Positions 25,744 through 34,126 of a stretch of 64,000 nucleotides of DNA are shown here, piece by piece. The stretch comes from Hyphomonas sp. (GTDB lineage Bacteria > Pseudomonadota > Alphaproteobacteria > Caulobacterales > Hyphomonadaceae). Position 1 is the first letter of the stretch, and each line of letters begins with the position of its first letter. Location of the stretch: positions 5,554-69,553 of the forward strand of contig JAGQRO010000093.1 of the NCBI GenBank assembly GCA_020425315.1, in the 5' to 3' direction. The notes below the pieces were generated by a model that searched no databases, was not told the origin of the DNA, and was given only the letters and a program-made list of their open reading frames with translations. Position numbers and translations under genes: made by a program.

Positions 25744-27138
25744 TTATCCGGCGGGGCATATGGCCGCTTCCGGTTCCGCTATCCGGATCTCACCCGCCAG
25801 CGCACACAGCGCGGCCGTAGCGGGGCTGGCGAGATGGGTACGGGCGTTCGGCCCCTGCCGGCCGACAAAGTTACGGTTGGAAGTCGAGACCGCCCGCTTG
25901 CCGGGCGCAACGAGGTCACCATTTACAGCATTGCACATGGAGCAGCCAGGCTCGCGCCACTCGAACCCCGCAGCGATGAAGATGTCGGCAAGGCCCTCCG
26001 CCTCTGCCAATTGCTTTACAGCCTCGGAGCCCGGGACGACCCATGCTGTCACCCCGCCAGCGACCTGCTGCCCCCGCACGATATCGGCCGCAATGCGAAG
26101 ATCCTCGATCCGGCTGTTGGCGCAGGAGCCGATGAAGACATAATCCACTGGCAGGCCAATCAGGCTCTGACCGGCGCAAAGGCCCATATAGTCGAGCGCG
26201 CCGGATTCTGCCCCCTCCGCCGGAACTGCGCCGCCGCGGCCCGTCACATGTTCCGGGCTGACGCCCCAGGTGATCTGTGGGGTGACGTCCGACACGTCGA
26301 GCCGAACTTCCTTGTCGAAAATTGCGGTTACATCGGAGTGGAGCGTGCGCCAGTCTTCCAGCGCGGATTCCCATAGCTCGCCATCGGGCACATAGGGACG
26401 GCCCCTGTGATAGGCGAAAGTCTTCTCATCCGGCGCAATCAGGGCAAAGCGGGCGCCCATCTCGACACCGAGATTGCAGAGCGAGGCGCGCGCCTCGATG
26501 GAGAGCGCGTCGATGGCCGGGCCCGCAAATTCGACCGCATGCTCGCGGCCAAAGTCTGCACCGAGTTCGCCGATCAGCCAGAGGATGAGGTCCTTTGAGA
26601 AGACGCCGCGCTTCAGACTGCCATCCAGCCAGACGCGGGCGGTCTTCGGGCGCTTCATCCAGAGCGTCTGTGTGGCCAGGACGTGCTTCACTTCGGTCGA
26701 GCCGATGCCCCAGGCGAGCGCGCCGACTGCGCCATGGGTCGACGTATGGCTGTCGCCGCAGACGAGCGTTGCGCCCGGCAAGGTAAAGCCCTGCTCCAAG
26801 CCTACGACATGTACGATACCCTGACGGCCGGAGCCCCGCCCGAAATGCCGGATGCCCTGCTGCACCGACAGGCGGTCGAGATTGCGGACGAAGCGTTCGC
26901 GCAGCTTGGCCTGTTGTGGCGTATCCTCCCTCCCCGTCGGGATGACATGGTCCGGCATGGCCGCATGGAGCGCGGGATTGGCAACCTTGCGCCCATCCTC
27001 TTCCATCTCTTCGAGACCGACCGTGCCGGAGAGGTCCGTCAGAAGCGACCGGTCGACATGAATGAGGTCGAGCCCTTCCGGGTTGGTGAGAATGAGATGC
27101 CTGTTCCAGAGTTTGCCGAACAGCGTGCCATTGCTCAT
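25744..27138 (-). CDS. leuC: 3-isopropylmalate dehydratase large subunit-like (LeuC family, atypical)
   Basis: QGIVHV, CGDSHTSTHGA, GSCANSRIEDL, PGCSMC (three Fe-S Cys), STSNRNFVGRQG; ATGA-coupled start 27138. Confidence 0.87.
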   Translation of the reverse strand: MSNGTLFGKLWNRHLILTNPEGLDLIHVDRSLLTDLSGTVGLEEMEEDGRKVANPALHAAMPDHVIPTGREDTPQQAKLRERFVRNLDRLSVQQGIRHFGRGSGRQGIVHVVGLEQGFTLPGATLVCGDSHTSTHGAVGALAWGIGSTEVKHVLATQTLWMKRPKTARVWLDGSLKRGVFSKDLILWLIGELGADFGREHAVEFAGPAIDALSIEARASLCNLGVEMGARFALIAPDEKTFAYHRGRPYVPDGELWESALEDWRTLHSDVTAIFDKEVRLDVSDVTPQITWGVSPEHVTGRGGAVPAEGAESGALDYMGLCAGQSLIGLPVDYVFIGSCANSRIEDLRIAADIVRGQQVAGGVTAWVVPGSEAVKQLAEAEGLADIFIAAGFEWREPGCSMCNAVNGDLVAPGKRAVSTSNRNFVGRQGPNARTHLASPATAALCALAGEIRIAEPEAAICPAG

Positions 27139-28016
27139 TCGGCAGGCTCCGGCACCGGTGCGTCGCCGAACTTCTGCTGCCACCGCTCCTCATCCGCCCA
27201 GACCGCCGGGAAACCGACCAGTTCATGCGGATTGGTCTTCGGCATGGCGGTGGAGTCCATCAGGCCTTCGCCGAGGAAGTGTTCAATCGAGCGCTCCATC
27301 GCCGCCATGGCGGGGGTCGCCAACAGGCCCGGATAATGCGCGATGGCAAAGCCCATCTTCTCAATGTTCTCCGCCGCCGCATTCGGCGTCACGAAGCCCT
27401 TCTGCGGCACCATATTGAGCATGAGCGGACCCGGCAGTTCCTTGCCGATGCGCGCGACCTCCTCAAGCGATTGCGGCGCGTCAATGAAGAGCACATCAGC
27501 ACCGGCTTCCTTGTAGAGTATAGAGCGGCGGATGGCTTCATCGAGGTCGTACATCTGTCGGCTGTCGGTGCGGGCAATGATCATGAAATCGTCAGAGCGG
27601 CGGGATTCAACCGCGACAGCAACTTTTGCCGCCATCTCATCCGCCGGGATGACCCGCTTGCCCTTGGTGTGGCCGCACTTCTTCGGCATTTCCTGGTCTT
27701 CGATATGAATGGCAGCTGCCCCTGCATCCTCGAACTCCCGCACCGTGTGCTGAACATTTAGGAGGCCGCCATATCCCGTGTCTGCATCCGCGATCACCGG
27801 TTTCGTACAGACTCGGCGGATGACGCGCAGCGCGTCGATCATCTCCGACAGGCCAACAAGGCCTGCATCGGGATGACCCCAGCGCGAGGCCGCGACGCAA
27901 TAACCGCCCATATAGACGGCCTTGAAGGGATAGCGCTCCGCCACCATGGCCGAGAAGCCATCATAGACGCCGGGGGCGACGATGAATTCGCCGCCCTCAA
28001 TCATTTTCCTCAGCAT
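27135..28016 (-). CDS. Isocitrate lyase/PEP mutase superfamily C-C lyase (PrpB/2,3-dimethylmalate lyase-like)
   Basis: APGVYD, DADTGYG, IEDQ..PKKCGH, IIARTD. Confidence 0.88.
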   Translation of the reverse strand: MLRKMIEGGEFIVAPGVYDGFSAMVAERYPFKAVYMGGYCVAASRWGHPDAGLVGLSEMIDALRVIRRVCTKPVIADADTGYGGLLNVQHTVREFEDAGAAAIHIEDQEMPKKCGHTKGKRVIPADEMAAKVAVAVESRRSDDFMIIARTDSRQMYDLDEAIRRSILYKEAGADVLFIDAPQSLEEVARIGKELPGPLMLNMVPQKGFVTPNAAAENIEKMGFAIAHYPGLLATPAMAAMERSIEHFLGEGLMDSTAMPKTNPHELVGFPAVWADEERWQQKFGDAPVPEPAE

Positions 28017-28019
28017 GGC

Positions 28020-29132
28020 TCAATCTGCCCCGATCCGGTCAGCCGAACGGAACTGGTCGGTCACGTCCGAATTGCTCATCGCGGCGCGGGCGTTGCGGCC
28101 GACATCTTCCGGCATGGCCCCGGCCATGACATTCAGCACATGCTCCCCGCAGGTGATCGGCTTGTAGCGCGGCGGATTGTTCTCGCCCTGGCAGACATCG
28201 AGGCATTCGACCTGGGTCATGAAATCCGGTCCCATGAATGTGGCCATGGAGATGCGCTCGTCATCCGTCAGGTTCCGCACACGGTGCGGGTTGGACGTGT
28301 AGAGGTCGTTCGTCCAACTGGCCATCATGTCGCCGATGTTCACCACCTGTGTACCCTTGATTGGCGGCGCGGAAATCCATTCACCATCCAGCGACAGGAC
28401 CTCCAGCCCGCCGACATGATCCTGGTACAGCATGGTGAGCGTCATGTAGTCCGTGTGCGGGCCACAGCTCCACAACTTCTCATGCAGCTTGCCCTTTGCC
28501 GGCGGGTACCAGGACGGACGCATGTTGAAGAAAGGACGCGCATGGCTCTTGTCGAAATAGGTCTCTTCGAGGCCAAGGCTGAGCGCGAAACCGCGCATCA
28601 TCTTCTCGCCGACGCCCCGCATGCGCTTGATGTAGTTTTCCATATAGGCCCGGAAGCCCGGCAGATCTTCTTCGTTCGGCCAGTAGGTCGGCCCACGCTC
28701 GATCATCGGCACGTCTTCGTCTTCAAGGTTCAGGCCGAAATCATAGTATTCCTTGTAGTCGCCTTCATAGCCAGGCGTGATCTTCTCGTCGCCGACCGGG
28801 TGCCAGCCGCGCGGGCCCATAATGTCCTTGCACTGCGCAACCTCCTTTGCCTCGCGTGGCAGGTGGAAGAAGCGAAGCGACCAGTCGCGCGCTTCCTGCA
28901 TCTCGTCTTCGGAGATGCCGTAATTGGTCATGTAGAAGAAGCCGGAATTGATCAGCGCATCGCGGATCTCGTCAGCCACAGCCTGTTTCGCGGCGAGCGG
29001 CCGGTCCTGCACCAGTGCACCGACATCAATGACCGGCAACTCCTTCTTGGGCTGTCGCACGATGCCGAAACGGCTCTCATTAATGACGTAGCGGCGCTGA
29101 AATGCCGATTTGTGATCAACTTCTTCGCTCAT
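28020..29132 (-). CDS. 2OG-Fe(II) dioxygenase, IPNS/DIOX family
   Basis: LPVID, GFFY..N.GI, HTD..., NIGD...WTN....S..HRV, RIS; start ATG 29132 after GGGAGG. Confidence 0.9.
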   Translation of the reverse strand: MSEEVDHKSAFQRRYVINESRFGIVRQPKKELPVIDVGALVQDRPLAAKQAVADEIRDALINSGFFYMTNYGISEDEMQEARDWSLRFFHLPREAKEVAQCKDIMGPRGWHPVGDEKITPGYEGDYKEYYDFGLNLEDEDVPMIERGPTYWPNEEDLPGFRAYMENYIKRMRGVGEKMMRGFALSLGLEETYFDKSHARPFFNMRPSWYPPAKGKLHEKLWSCGPHTDYMTLTMLYQDHVGGLEVLSLDGEWISAPPIKGTQVVNIGDMMASWTNDLYTSNPHRVRNLTDDERISMATFMGPDFMTQVECLDVCQGENNPPRYKPITCGEHVLNVMAGAMPEDVGRNARAAMSNSDVTDQFRSADRIGAD

Positions 29133-29196
29133 GTGGACCTCCCTGTCCGTTATGTTCCGCAGATCGGAAACTTGATGGCGAGGACATGCCATGGAC

Positions 29197-29221
29197 AAAA
29201 TTATAATACCAGTATAATTTT
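29197..29221. promoter_or_regulatory. AT-rich inverted repeat, probable TetR operator over divergent promoters
   Basis: AAAATTATA-ATACCAG-TATAATTTT. Confidence 0.6.
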
Positions 29222-29252
29222 TGCAACACACCAACTTTGGGAGGCAGAGGAG

Positions 29253-29960
29253 ATGTCCCTGTCCATATTGGAGCCGCATGCATATGATGCTGACATGGCT
29301 CGGAAAATTTCAGATTCGGATGCGGCCGCGTCGGCGCGGAAGCAGGAGAAGCAGGATGCCCGTCGGCGGGAGATCATCCGGGCGAGCCGCGACCTGTTCT
29401 TTGAAGCGAGCTTCGACAATGTCTCGATCCGCGACCTGGAAAAGGCCACCGGCCTGACCCGCGGCGCCATCTATTATTACTTCGAGAACAAGGAAGATAT
29501 CTACGGCGCCGTCGTCATCGAAGGCCTTGAACGCGTCCGCAACCTGCTTCTGGAGGCCTCCGGGGCACATATGGGCGATCCAAAGGCCCAACTCGTCGCG
29601 ATCTATCGGGCACTTGCCGAACACTATTTCCAGGAGCGGCAGATCTTCGACAATCTGCTGCGCTATTTCTTCGGCATGCGGCCCACGGCGACGCTAAGCG
29701 CGCAGCTTCTGCAGGATACGGAAGATCAGGTCCGCATGACCCAGAGCATTGTCGAAGGCATTATCGCTGCCGGCAACGATTCCGGCGTGTTCGACTGCGA
29801 CGACCCGGAATTTGCCGGAATGGCAATCTGGGGAGTCTATGTCACCATGATCCAGATGGCCGGTGACAATGAGCGCCTGAGAGCCGTCTCGCGCCCTCGC
29901 AAAGTACTGGTCAAGCAGCTGGAAGAACACATCCTCCACATTGTCGGCGCGCGGTCATGA
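29253..29960 (+). CDS. TetR/AcrR family transcriptional regulator
   Basis: RRREIIRASRDLF...SFDNVSIRDL....GLTRGAIYYYFENKEDI; ATG 29253 after GAGGAG. Confidence 0.9.
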   Translation: MSLSILEPHAYDADMARKISDSDAAASARKQEKQDARRREIIRASRDLFFEASFDNVSIRDLEKATGLTRGAIYYYFENKEDIYGAVVIEGLERVRNLLLEASGAHMGDPKAQLVAIYRALAEHYFQERQIFDNLLRYFFGMRPTATLSAQLLQDTEDQVRMTQSIVEGIIAAGNDSGVFDCDDPEFAGMAIWGVYVTMIQMAGDNERLRAVSRPRKVLVKQLEEHILHIVGARS

Positions 29961-32428
29961 CGGCACCCAGTGCCAGGTCCGTTCCCACGCGTCTTGCCAA
30001 CTATGCCCTGCGCCCTCGCCCAGGACTGGAGAAGCGCGCCGAAACCATATTGCGGGAGCGCGACGTCTACATCGTCGCGCCAGCCGGTTACGGCAAGACC
30101 GGACTGCTCGCGCGCATGGCTGCACGATACAACAATGCCTATCTGTGGACGGGCACCGCAGGCGAATTCAGTCCTGAGGCCGCGCAGGATGCCGACATCC
30201 TGATTGCCGACATCTCATTCGATAGCAACCGCAAGAGCCTGCAGCGCCTCCGCCGCTGGCTCGAAGCCCCGGAGCGGACCACCCCTGCCCTGTTGGCGGC
30301 TCGTACCGATCCAGGCCTGGGCTTTGCCCGCCTTGTGTCCAGCAAGCGCGGAGACATCTGGCGTGCCGGCGACATGCAGTGTTCGCTGGATGATTTGCGG
30401 ACCGTGGTCTTGCTGAATGAGCGGACGGGCGCCGACGCCTCGCAACTGAACGAACTGCACAAGAGATGCGATGGCTGGATTGCCGGAGCCGTCCTGCTGA
30501 AGAGTGAACCCCATGCCACCAGCCTGCCGCAGGCGCTGCCCCAATCCATCCGCGAATTCTATGGGGACTTGCTGCGCACCGCCGATCTTTCGATGGACAT
30601 CGGGCTGCTGAGCCTCAGCGCGCTGCCCGATCAGATCAGTCCGCGCCTGTTCCAGCACATCACCGGCTCCAGCGATTTCTTCGCCCTGGTCGAGCATGGG
30701 ATCGATCTTCAACCCGTCCCGAATGCGCCCGGCTGGTGGCGTTATGGACGGCTGCTCAGTGCCTATCTTCGCGAACGGGCGATGGCGCTTGGCCAGTCGG
30801 CCCTGTCCGCTGCCCATCGCAAGATAAGCGACTGGCAGCTGGAAGAAGGCGCAATGACCGAGGCTGCGCTCCATGCCCTGCAAAGCGGGGATCGTGCGCT
30901 CGCCATGAATGTGGTGGACCAGGCCGCCCGACGCTTTATCGCCCTCGGCCAGATCACCCATGCCCGTTCCTGGCTCACCCAGTTGGAGCCGGAAGGCCGT
31001 GAGACTTATCCACGCATCTGGCTGCACCTGGTGACGGCGCTGATCGTGTCCGGTGAGTTCGACGCCGCTGACTGTGAACTGGAAGAGCTGGAATCGTTCA
31101 TTGAGCGTATCCAGTCCCGCCACGCAGGCGAGGACTGGTTTGACGAAATTGTGCTGCACATGCAGTTCAACCAGCACATGCTGGCCTATATGCATCCGGA
31201 TCGGCGCTGCGACCTGCCGGCGCTGGACCGGCTGGTCAACACCCCTCGCAGCCGCGATTTTGCCGTACGCGGAGAATCACTTTTCCTGATGGGGTTGGCG
31301 CAGATCCATGAGGGAGACACCAGCGGCTACAAGACTCTGGAGGCGAGCCTCAAGGCGCTGCCAGCAACGCAGTCCTGGTATGCCTATGCGACGACCCAGC
31401 GCCACCTCGCCCTGCGAGACCTGGAGGCTGGCGATTTCGATGCGTGTCGGCAGCGCTGCGAGCACGCAATGGCACAGATTATCGAATCAACCTGCTTCGC
31501 CCCGCCCTGCCTGGCACCGATTGCGCTGGTGCTCGCGGAAGTGTCGCTGATCGAGGGTGATATCGAAGCGGCCCAGCGCATCCTGTCGAATGAGGGGACA
31601 CCCCTGCAGGTACTCGCCAATGAAGACTATCTGGCCGAATGGGACCGGCTGACGGGAGAGCTTCACGCGCATGCGGGCGCTGACCAGGACGCGGTCCACA
31701 TGTTTAGCCAGACCTTCACCCACACAACCAGCCGGCTGGGGCATGCAACACGCCGCAAGGCAGAGACCGCGCTCATCCGAACGCTCTGCCAGATGGGCGG
31801 GGCCAGCAAAGCCAGGGAGCGATTGGGCAAGCGCTATGGTCTGGGCTGTCCGCCGGGCGCACCGAAGACACCGCACCAAAGGGACATACTTGAAGATGTG
31901 GTGCGCTCTGCCATTGTCATGTCTGCTTCCGGAGAACCTGAACGCGCCCGCCGGCATTTGCTGGAAGCCCAGTCACTGGTCGAGCGCCGGGGCGAAGCGG
32001 TTGAGGCGCTGCGGATCCTGCGCCACGTCCAGGAATGCAGGTTCAGGGAAGACACTGGCTCCACGGAGCAACGGCTGGTCCGTGACTGGATTGGCCAGGT
32101 TATGCAGGCAGGCGCGTTCGGTTTGATCGGTGAGGCCCAGCGCGGCCCGTTCGGTCATCTTTATCGTGACGAAACGACTCCCGCCCGCGCAACTGCCGCA
32201 CTTCGGATCACCCAGTTGGACAATTCAGTTCAGGTGCAATTGACGCCCCGCGAACAGGAAACGCTCGAATACATGGCCATCGGCTATACCAACCGGCAGA
32301 TTGCCGACCAGACCATGACCTCGCTCACCACCGTGAAATGGCATGTCCGGAACATTCTCGGGAAACTCGAAGCACAGAATCGATCCGCCGCCATCAACAA
32401 AGCGCGGGTTCTGGGTCTGATCGTCTGA
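29957..32428 (+). CDS. MalT-like large ATP-binding LuxR regulator
   Basis: Walker A APAGYGKT, C.GWIAG, WRY..L, C-terminal LTPRE...GYTNRQIA......TVKWHVRNILGKL. Confidence 0.88.
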   Translation: MTAPSARSVPTRLANYALRPRPGLEKRAETILRERDVYIVAPAGYGKTGLLARMAARYNNAYLWTGTAGEFSPEAAQDADILIADISFDSNRKSLQRLRRWLEAPERTTPALLAARTDPGLGFARLVSSKRGDIWRAGDMQCSLDDLRTVVLLNERTGADASQLNELHKRCDGWIAGAVLLKSEPHATSLPQALPQSIREFYGDLLRTADLSMDIGLLSLSALPDQISPRLFQHITGSSDFFALVEHGIDLQPVPNAPGWWRYGRLLSAYLRERAMALGQSALSAAHRKISDWQLEEGAMTEAALHALQSGDRALAMNVVDQAARRFIALGQITHARSWLTQLEPEGRETYPRIWLHLVTALIVSGEFDAADCELEELESFIERIQSRHAGEDWFDEIVLHMQFNQHMLAYMHPDRRCDLPALDRLVNTPRSRDFAVRGESLFLMGLAQIHEGDTSGYKTLEASLKALPATQSWYAYATTQRHLALRDLEAGDFDACRQRCEHAMAQIIESTCFAPPCLAPIALVLAEVSLIEGDIEAAQRILSNEGTPLQVLANEDYLAEWDRLTGELHAHAGADQDAVHMFSQTFTHTTSRLGHATRRKAETALIRTLCQMGGASKARERLGKRYGLGCPPGAPKTPHQRDILEDVVRSAIVMSASGEPERARRHLLEAQSLVERRGEAVEALRILRHVQECRFREDTGSTEQRLVRDWIGQVMQAGAFGLIGEAQRGPFGHLYRDETTPARATAALRITQLDNSVQVQLTPREQETLEYMAIGYTNRQIADQTMTSLTTVKWHVRNILGKLEAQNRSAAINKARVLGLIV

Positions 32429-32432
32429 GCCG

Positions 32433-33920
32433 CTATTCCACCGGCACCCACACGGCCTTGGTTTCCAGAAAAGCGTCGAGGCCTTCAAGAGAGTTCTCGC
32501 GTCCCCATCCACTCATCTTGTACCCGCCGAACGGCGCCATATGAGTGACGAGGCGATAGGTGTTGATCCAGACCGTTCCTGCACGAACCTTCGCCGCAAC
32601 ACGGTGCGCCTTCGGAATGGACTCCGTAAACACCCCGCCCGCGAGACCATAGTCGGTATCATTCGCAATCGCGATCGCTTCCTCTTCGCCATTGAACCTG
32701 ATGACACTCGCGACCGGACCGAAGATCTCCTCGCGCGCGACACGCATCTGATTTGTCACGCCGGCGAAGACAGTGGGGTGAACGAAGTATCCGCCGAGTT
32801 CGTGCGCTGAACCACCCGCTGCAGCCTGCACGCCTTCCTGTTTCGCAATCTCGAAATAGGAAAGCACTTTCTCATAGTTCGGGCGGTTGGCGATGGGACC
32901 CATCTGGGTGCCTGGGTCCAGCGGATCGCCCACTTTCATGCCGCGCGCGGCCTCGGCCAGCGCTGCGACGAACCGGTCATAGATTGGGTCTTCCACCAGA
33001 ACACGCGAGCCAGCCATGCAGGTCTGGCCCGTTGCCGCAAAGATGCCAGCCATCACACCGGTGACGGCTTTTTCGATGTCGGCATCGGCGAACACGATGC
33101 TCGCCGACTTTCCACCGAGTTCACAGGTCACCCGCTTCATGTTGTCGGCTGATGCCCGAACGATGGACTGGCCCACCGCCGTGGATCCCGTAAAGGACAC
33201 TTTGTCGACATCACGGTGGGCAGCAAGGTGCGCGCCGACGTCTTTACGGCTGCTTGGGACCGTGTTGAACACGCCCGGCGGAAAGCCCGCTTCATCCACG
33301 AGCCTGGTGAATTCCAAGGTAGAGACCGGCGCATGCTCGGACGGCTTGCAGACCATGGTGCAGCCGGCCGCCATGGCTGGCCCGAACTTGTAGGCAATCT
33401 GCATGGCCGGGGAATTCCAGGGCGTAATCGCCCCGACCACGCCGACAGGCTCCCGGCGCGTGTAGGCAAAGCAGTTCGGCAGATGCGTACCTCTGACATC
33501 CAGTGGCAATGGTGACGGGATCATCCGCCCGTCAATCTTGTCGGTCATGCCCGCCCAGTAGAGCAGCAACTCGTGAATCAGCCGCCATTGCAGCATCATC
33601 TCCGTAATGAGCTTGCCGTTGTCAGTAGCTTCGAGCTTCGCAATCTCCGGCCCGCGCTCCAGGCACAAGTCCGCCAGACGCCGAAGAAGTTTGGCCCGCT
33701 CTTGCGGTATCAAGTCCGGCCAGCCATCCTTGTCGAATGCCCGGCGCGCTGCGGCCACTGCGCGATCGATGTCGCCAGCCCGTCCGTCCGCAATGTCAGC
33801 CCAGCCCGCACCGATTGCAGGATTTTCGGACACAAAGGTCTCGCCAGAGTCCGGATCGCACCACTGGCCATCAATATAGAGCTTGTATTGTGCAAGATCG
33901 CACGCCGTCTGAACTGTCAT
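32433..33920 (-). CDS. Aldehyde dehydrogenase
   Basis: ITPWN, KPSE, FTGST, ELGGKS, GQTC.AGSR, EEIFGPV, PFGGYK.SG.GRE. Confidence 0.95.
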   Translation of the reverse strand: MTVQTACDLAQYKLYIDGQWCDPDSGETFVSENPAIGAGWADIADGRAGDIDRAVAAARRAFDKDGWPDLIPQERAKLLRRLADLCLERGPEIAKLEATDNGKLITEMMLQWRLIHELLLYWAGMTDKIDGRMIPSPLPLDVRGTHLPNCFAYTRREPVGVVGAITPWNSPAMQIAYKFGPAMAAGCTMVCKPSEHAPVSTLEFTRLVDEAGFPPGVFNTVPSSRKDVGAHLAAHRDVDKVSFTGSTAVGQSIVRASADNMKRVTCELGGKSASIVFADADIEKAVTGVMAGIFAATGQTCMAGSRVLVEDPIYDRFVAALAEAARGMKVGDPLDPGTQMGPIANRPNYEKVLSYFEIAKQEGVQAAAGGSAHELGGYFVHPTVFAGVTNQMRVAREEIFGPVASVIRFNGEEEAIAIANDTDYGLAGGVFTESIPKAHRVAAKVRAGTVWINTYRLVTHMAPFGGYKMSGWGRENSLEGLDAFLETKAVWVPVE

Positions 33921-34000
33921 CCAGGTCTCCTCCCGGTGTTTCTTTTTTCATTGACCGATTGGCGGGGAGTCTAGTCAGCCCGGCTGTTCCCAAAACTGTT

Positions 34001-34042
34001 CCAAAGGAGGGGGAACCTGCCCCCTCCCGGCCCCTCCTTTGG
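34001..34042. promoter_or_regulatory. 12-bp perfect inverted repeat between divergent ALDH and TBDR genes
   Basis: CCAAAGGAGGGG-N18-CCCCTCCTTTGG. Confidence 0.6.
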
Positions 34043-34126
34043 GCGGGTTTGCACTTTGACGCCTGGTTCTAGCCTCCCTCGCATAAAGGCACCGCAAAGG
34101 CGCCGGACCAAAAGGGAGGAAACAAA

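Noticed and set aside
24170-29132. Phosphonate biosynthesis cluster (PEP mutase + aconitase-like + 2OG oxygenase)
   Set aside because: The enzyme has EDQxxPKKCGH (lyase type), not the PEP mutase EDKxxxxxNS signature; no phosphonopyruvate-processing genes
28020-29132. Isopenicillin N synthase / beta-lactam biosynthesis
   Set aside because: Only family-level similarity; no ACV synthetase or other NRPS
27873-29252. 695-aa TetR fusion protein
   Set aside because: The N-terminal part is the antisense shadow of the oxygenase gene; TetR starts at 29253 with an RBS
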